Position numbers and translations under genes: made by a program | From: a virus | Taxonomy: Duplodnaviria; Caudoviricetes | DNA: 64,000 bases | Virus record (IMG/VR): IMGVR_UViG_3300020470_000690 | Coordinates: 1,494-65,493 of that record | Strand: one strand, 5' to 3' | Notes under the pieces: generated by a model | The model's database searches: none | Told to the model about the DNA's origin: nothing | The model's input: the letters and a program-made list of their open reading frames with translations, nothing else | Shown: positions 45,401-51,400 of the stretch, piece by piece | How the letters are laid out: every line of letters starts with the position of its first letter | Numbering within the stretch: position 1 is the stretch's first letter

Positions 45401-48400
45401 CGACATAGCAACCGCTTGTAAGTCATTATCACTGTACTTAACATCAGTAACTACACTAACGTTACCAAACACATCAACATTAATTCCTGCATGATTAATC
45501 GACTCATAAGTTCCTGTAGGTTGGATAGTCTTAGAGAAATAGTACTCAGGAGTTGTTGGGTTTGTAGAAAGTTGATTTAAAGCAATCTTAAGGAAGGAAC
45601 AACCATAGAACTTGGTTCCATTCCACATATCGCAGATGAAGAAGAGATCATTGTACTCATCAATCTGGAAACGAGGACGTTTTACGTCACCACCACTTAT
45701 AGCAAGTCTCTTAACATAATTGAGTTCGATGTTAGCACCATCGTACTGCATTTCACCAAATATAAGGTCATTATTGTCCTGATCAACACCACACCAGAGC
45801 ATCTTATTGTCTCCGATGTAATGGAGTTGCTCCATTCTCTCACCTTCGCTGTTAGAAGCGAATTTCCTCTTCTCAACAACATCACCAGTGTTATTGAGCT
45901 GCATAACCCAAATATCATAGGGATCTACAGCATTAGTGTCTGTCCAACCACAAATATAGATTCTTTGCTCATCATCCATGTAGATGTCACCAGCATAGTC
46001 TCTACGTGCTACACCAGAAACACCAGCAATCTCTTTCTGCCATCTAACAATACCTTCTGGATTATTTGCATTATCAAATCCAGATTCATACTTAGCAATC
46101 AAAATATCGGGATTATATGATGCAGTACCTTGAGATTCGGTTTCACCGATCATATAAAGAAGATTATTCTCTTCAGATGTCTCATCAAGGTAAATAGACT
46201 TCCAACGTGCTACCTTATCAGATGCAGTAGGTAAGAGAGTTCTATCCCAGACCATTACACCCAAATCAGTGAACTTAGCAAGGAATGCAGCACTATCACC
46301 ATTAGTTTGAGTTAATTCACCACAAACATACATGTAACGGTCAGTTGCCATTACAATATCGAATACTTCTATCTTAGCAGCAGCTTCATAGTACTCAGAC
46401 AACCAATAATATGTTTTCTTGTATTGCTGAGGATGTGAAACCCTAATTTGGGGTGGATTGTCTTCATCGTACCCATAACCAGAGTTAACGATGTTAACTT
46501 CACCAACTTTACCTGTAGTCTCATCTAAGACGATATTAAAGTTAATATCTTGTCCCTGAGAGGTAATAATCTCATATGTTGGTGGAAGTTGGGTATTATA
46601 ACCAATACCAACCTGAGTAACAGTAATATCTTCGATACCTGTTACAACGGACATATAAAAACGCTTATTCGTGTTATCTGTGATAACTTTCGAATTTACG
46701 ATAATTTCATCCTGTGCAATCAGTTCATGCTCAGTTGCAGTCGTAATTTTACCATATGGGATGTCATTAATGATTTCTTTCTGATATCCATTAATAGTAC
46801 GTCCCTGAACAGACTCAATTATGGCAGAAGCACCAAAACCGTCAGTTCCTGTATTATCAAAGTATAAAGTGTCATTTACCTGATAAGATTGACCAGCATT
46901 CTCTACAACGAATCCATCAATCCTAGCATTCTCAAATTTAGTCGTTGTATCAACTTCTATATCAACTCTTGACTCAGTAGAGACACTTGGGAAGTAATCA
47001 TAGATTTGTAGAGCAGCTTCTTCAGTTATAGCTTGCTCATTAGCAATTTCAGCAGGTGAGATAATAGCATCACCGTCTATATCCTCAATTTCGAAGATAA
47101 GTAGGTCACCCTCTTTCTCTGTTACAAATGAATCAGATTCTTCGTTAGGTTGACGATCAATATCGATATCAACGTTAACATATGGATCTCTGAAACGTGC
47201 AACGTCTGCAGGAATGTTTTCCTGTACAGCCTCAAGTGAAAGGTTCCATGTATCAACAACAGAGTTGTACTCAGGACCAATAACATAAGGGAATACTGGA
47301 AGACCAGCATCTGACTCATCAATCGTTACAAAGTATGCATATGTACCAGCAGGATAGTCTGGAGTCTTACAAAAACGTCCATTGTAAGGGTCTAGATCAC
47401 CTTGTTGGAATGTGTACTTATAATCGTTGACAAAATTACCAGCAGGATATGTGGCAAGATCTGGACCGTCAATTCTAGCTGGAGTGGGGTTGGTGTCGAT
47501 ATCATATACAACTTCTGGTTTTAAAGTGTAAGAAGAACGCATTCTTCTGATACCACTGTTTTGATCTGTAGGATCAATGTAACCATAAGGACCATAAATT
47601 GGGTTACCATCAAATGCCCATCCAATGATAGGAGAGTGTTCGATATTTGATGGAACTTCTTGGAAATTCTGTGTTGCAGGATTTAGGAATACATTATCAC
47701 CAACAACATAACGTAATTCCTTAGGATCGGAGACATGAGCGTATTCACCACCAAACTGGTTATTAAATCCAGCAAATACGTACCCACGAGCAACGTCATA
47801 CTTAGATGCTAGATCATACTCAACATTCTTTCTCCATTGATAAACATCAGCAGTAAATGTTGCTAATTGACCAATTGCTTCCATTCTAACAGTGGTCATA
47901 CCTTGTGTATAACCTACACCCTTGTTAGTAATGGATATGGAGATTACCTTACCCTTATCTTCACCAATTGTTCCAATAATAGCAGTTGCTTGAGCACCAA
48001 ATCCATCACCATTGATATAAACCTTAGGTGCTGAAGTATAAGCATCTCCAGAGTTAATAATAGCGATAGATACGATTCTACCATTGATAACGATGGGTTG
48101 TGCTAATGCACCTTCACCAGAGTTCAGTTTAATGGTCGGTTTAGACGTATATCCCGATCCAGTACTAGATAGGGTCACTGCACTGATTGGACCTCTTACA
48201 GAGGCAACAGCAAGGGCACCAGAACCGTTTCCACCAGTGATTGATATAGTAGGTTGGGCAGTATATCCAGTTCCTGGGTTTTCTACAAGAATTCTTGTTA
48301 CTCTACCGTTAGTAACAACAGCTTGAGCAGTTGCACCGCTACCACCACCACCAACAATCGAAATTAGAGGTTGTTCTGTGTATCCAGTACCTTCAGCAGT

Positions 48401-51400
48401 AACTGCAACAGAATCTAGCGATCCATTAACAGTAACAGTCGCTGCAGCACCTGTACCGCCACCACCAGAGATTTCTAGTGCAGGTTTTGATCCAGCATCA
48501 TAATCTTGACCACCACTTTCGATATTAATTCCAGTTAAAGGACCATAAGTGACAAATTCAGCAGATTTGTAAGACCAAGCAGAAACACCATTAACCCATG
48601 CACCAATTGGGGTATTTGGAGCAACTGATGTCCTTGTGGAGATAGTTTCTACTGTTCTAGGAAGACGAAGCAGTTTACGCTGGTTTCCTGGAATCATAGC
48701 AGACCCACTGAAAGGACCAACCTTATAATTGGGCAATCCAGAGGCAGCAACGTAAACGTAATCGTTATTAAAGAAAGAGTTCTGTACGTTAGAGGTGAAT
48801 AATGAAATTACCTCATCAATAGTCTCTACAGATGACTTACCACGGTTTAGGTCAACAGAAAGTAGTATATTACCCTGTGGGACAATAGTCATTGGGGTAG
48901 GTATACTATAAGAGAAGGAATAGTCGTCTAAACGAGCAGTAACCTCAAATGTACCGTTATAAACAGCAGGGTTTGCACCATAAATGGTAACTTTGTCTTC
49001 TACAAGCAAACCATGGGCATTGCTTGTGACAACAGTCGCAGTTTGGTTGTTAAGACCACCAGGAGTGATGCTAGTAACGCTAATTAACTTCTTAACGTTG
49101 TACAACCATGACTGTAGACGCTCATCATCAGCAGTAGAACCTAAAGCAGCAACATTTAACTTATCTCCAGGCAAATAGTAGGAACCACTGTCTTCTAGGA
49201 CGGTTGTACCCGCTTCTGCGATACCTAAGACACGTAATTTGACTTCTTCTTCAGTTCCTTTGTTTGCATAGACGAAAATGTCCGAATAAATGACTGTACC
49301 AGGATCCCAATCCTCTACAACAGCATTTTTAGACCTAGTACACTCAATAAACTGGTTTAGTGACTTTTCTTTGTACTGAACGGTCTCTTGATCATTAATA
49401 ATGATGGTTCCGTTCTTTTCTGGCCATCCAATAGTCGAGTCAACGGTAATTATGTTCTCTGTAGTCGTTAATGGCTCTACAAGACCCGTTTTATAAGGAA
49501 TCTTAAAAGTACCGCTCAGAGTTTCTTCAGATATTGCTAATTCGTAGATAACATCAATTCCTTCGATGATAGAAATGACATTTTCGATCAAAACCGATGC
49601 ATCTTTGACATTTTGGTCAACAGGATCCGCTACCTGCACTAATTGTGCGTTTGTGAGGTTAGCAGGATCACCAGAAATCAGTTGAGCACGTAAAATAGTG
49701 TCAACAACCCATGAAGCATCAGATGGTTTGATAAGTTCGTCTCTAGGATAGAAAATATCAACTTCTTCACCAAATAAAATCTTAAATAAGTACTGTGCAG
49801 CAGTTTTCGTACCTTTAGCAAGGTAGAAATCCTTAATTGTCTTAATAACCTGAATCGGATTGACTTGAGTGTAGTCAATATTGATTGTAGGCATGTATTG
49901 ACGACGGAACTTGTCAAATACCTTACTAATAATTTGAGAATCAAGATTATTGACTACTGCACCAGCTAAATGGTTGGTCTGTGAGAGTTGTGATTCCTTT
50001 GCATAAACCTGATTGTTATACTTATCAAAAGTGACAACATCAGATACTCCTCTAGAGCATCCATTAAGGGATGACGGTTCATATTCTTTACCAGAAGACA
50101 AAATACTGAATCCAGTGACTTCACCGAATCCAACATCACAAGATGCCTGTGCTGATAATGGTTCTGCGATGTAAACCTTTGGAGGTTCAGTATCTGAGTA
50201 ACCAGTACCAAAACTTATGATGTTAATATCAGTAATTTCACCGTTAAAGATAGTTGCTGCTGCTTCAGCACCAGTACCACCAATCGGTTCACCCAATGAA
50301 CCCTTACGATCATCTACAATGTAGACAGAAGGTGCATCAGTATATCCTTTACCACCAGTTAGGAGGTTAATATTGGTAACACTACCATTTGCAACAGTAA
50401 CATCTAGAACTTGAGCACCAATTGGTTGTACAACCCTTGCTCTAGGTGGAGTAAGATATCCACGACCTCTATTTGTGATAGTAACAGCTACAACTTCACC
50501 ATCTGGAGATACTGTGCAATCAGCTTCTGCATCAATACCACCCTCAGGTGCTTTATCGATATAAATTGTTGGTGGATTGCTATATCCTATACCACCATCA
50601 GTGATTGTAATGGATGCACCGTTTAAACGACCCTCACCATCTATGGTTGGATCAGTAATAATGGCACCACTAGGGTTAACGAAACTAATAGCAGGAATAA
50701 AATCATAACCAGAACCAGAATTTGCGATCTTAATGGAATCAACCTGTCCTGTGACATCATCTACGGTAATTGTCGCAGTAGCACCAGACCCATTAACCAT
50801 ATCTGTTGGTTGTGTGATCTTTACCTTAGGTGGGTTATATGAAGTATAACCTTGACCTCCATTAATTAGTTTTATATCCTTAATTCCAGCGACTAACGTC
50901 CTCGCTGCTGCCCCAGTACCTTTTTCGGTACTAGATGTAATTGCAACTTTAGGAGCAAAGTTTAGTTTGTAACCTTTACCACCATTTTTGACGTTAATTG
51001 CCTCAATCTCACCATTTACACCAACACTAGTGACTGCATATGCACCAGTACCGAAGGCAGCAGACACATATTCGATAGAACGGATATGGAAAGCATCCTG
51101 ATTAGTGATATTGACGAAAAACTTGATCTTACTGTTGTTATCAGTCAACACATAGTCAATATATGGTTTCTGAAGGACACCATTACGGTTAACAATCAAA
51201 CCAATTTCAGAAATTGGAGAATATGGAAGATTCTCATAGCTTAATGCCATAGAATCATCACCAGCAATATCAAATACGTTAGGATAAGTTAATTGTTTTA
51301 CAACAGAGTCAGCAAAACCGATATAATAAACGATTTGACATGATCCAACGGAGTCAGTACCAATTCTAGCTCTAGGTGGATTAGCAAATGTAATCTCACT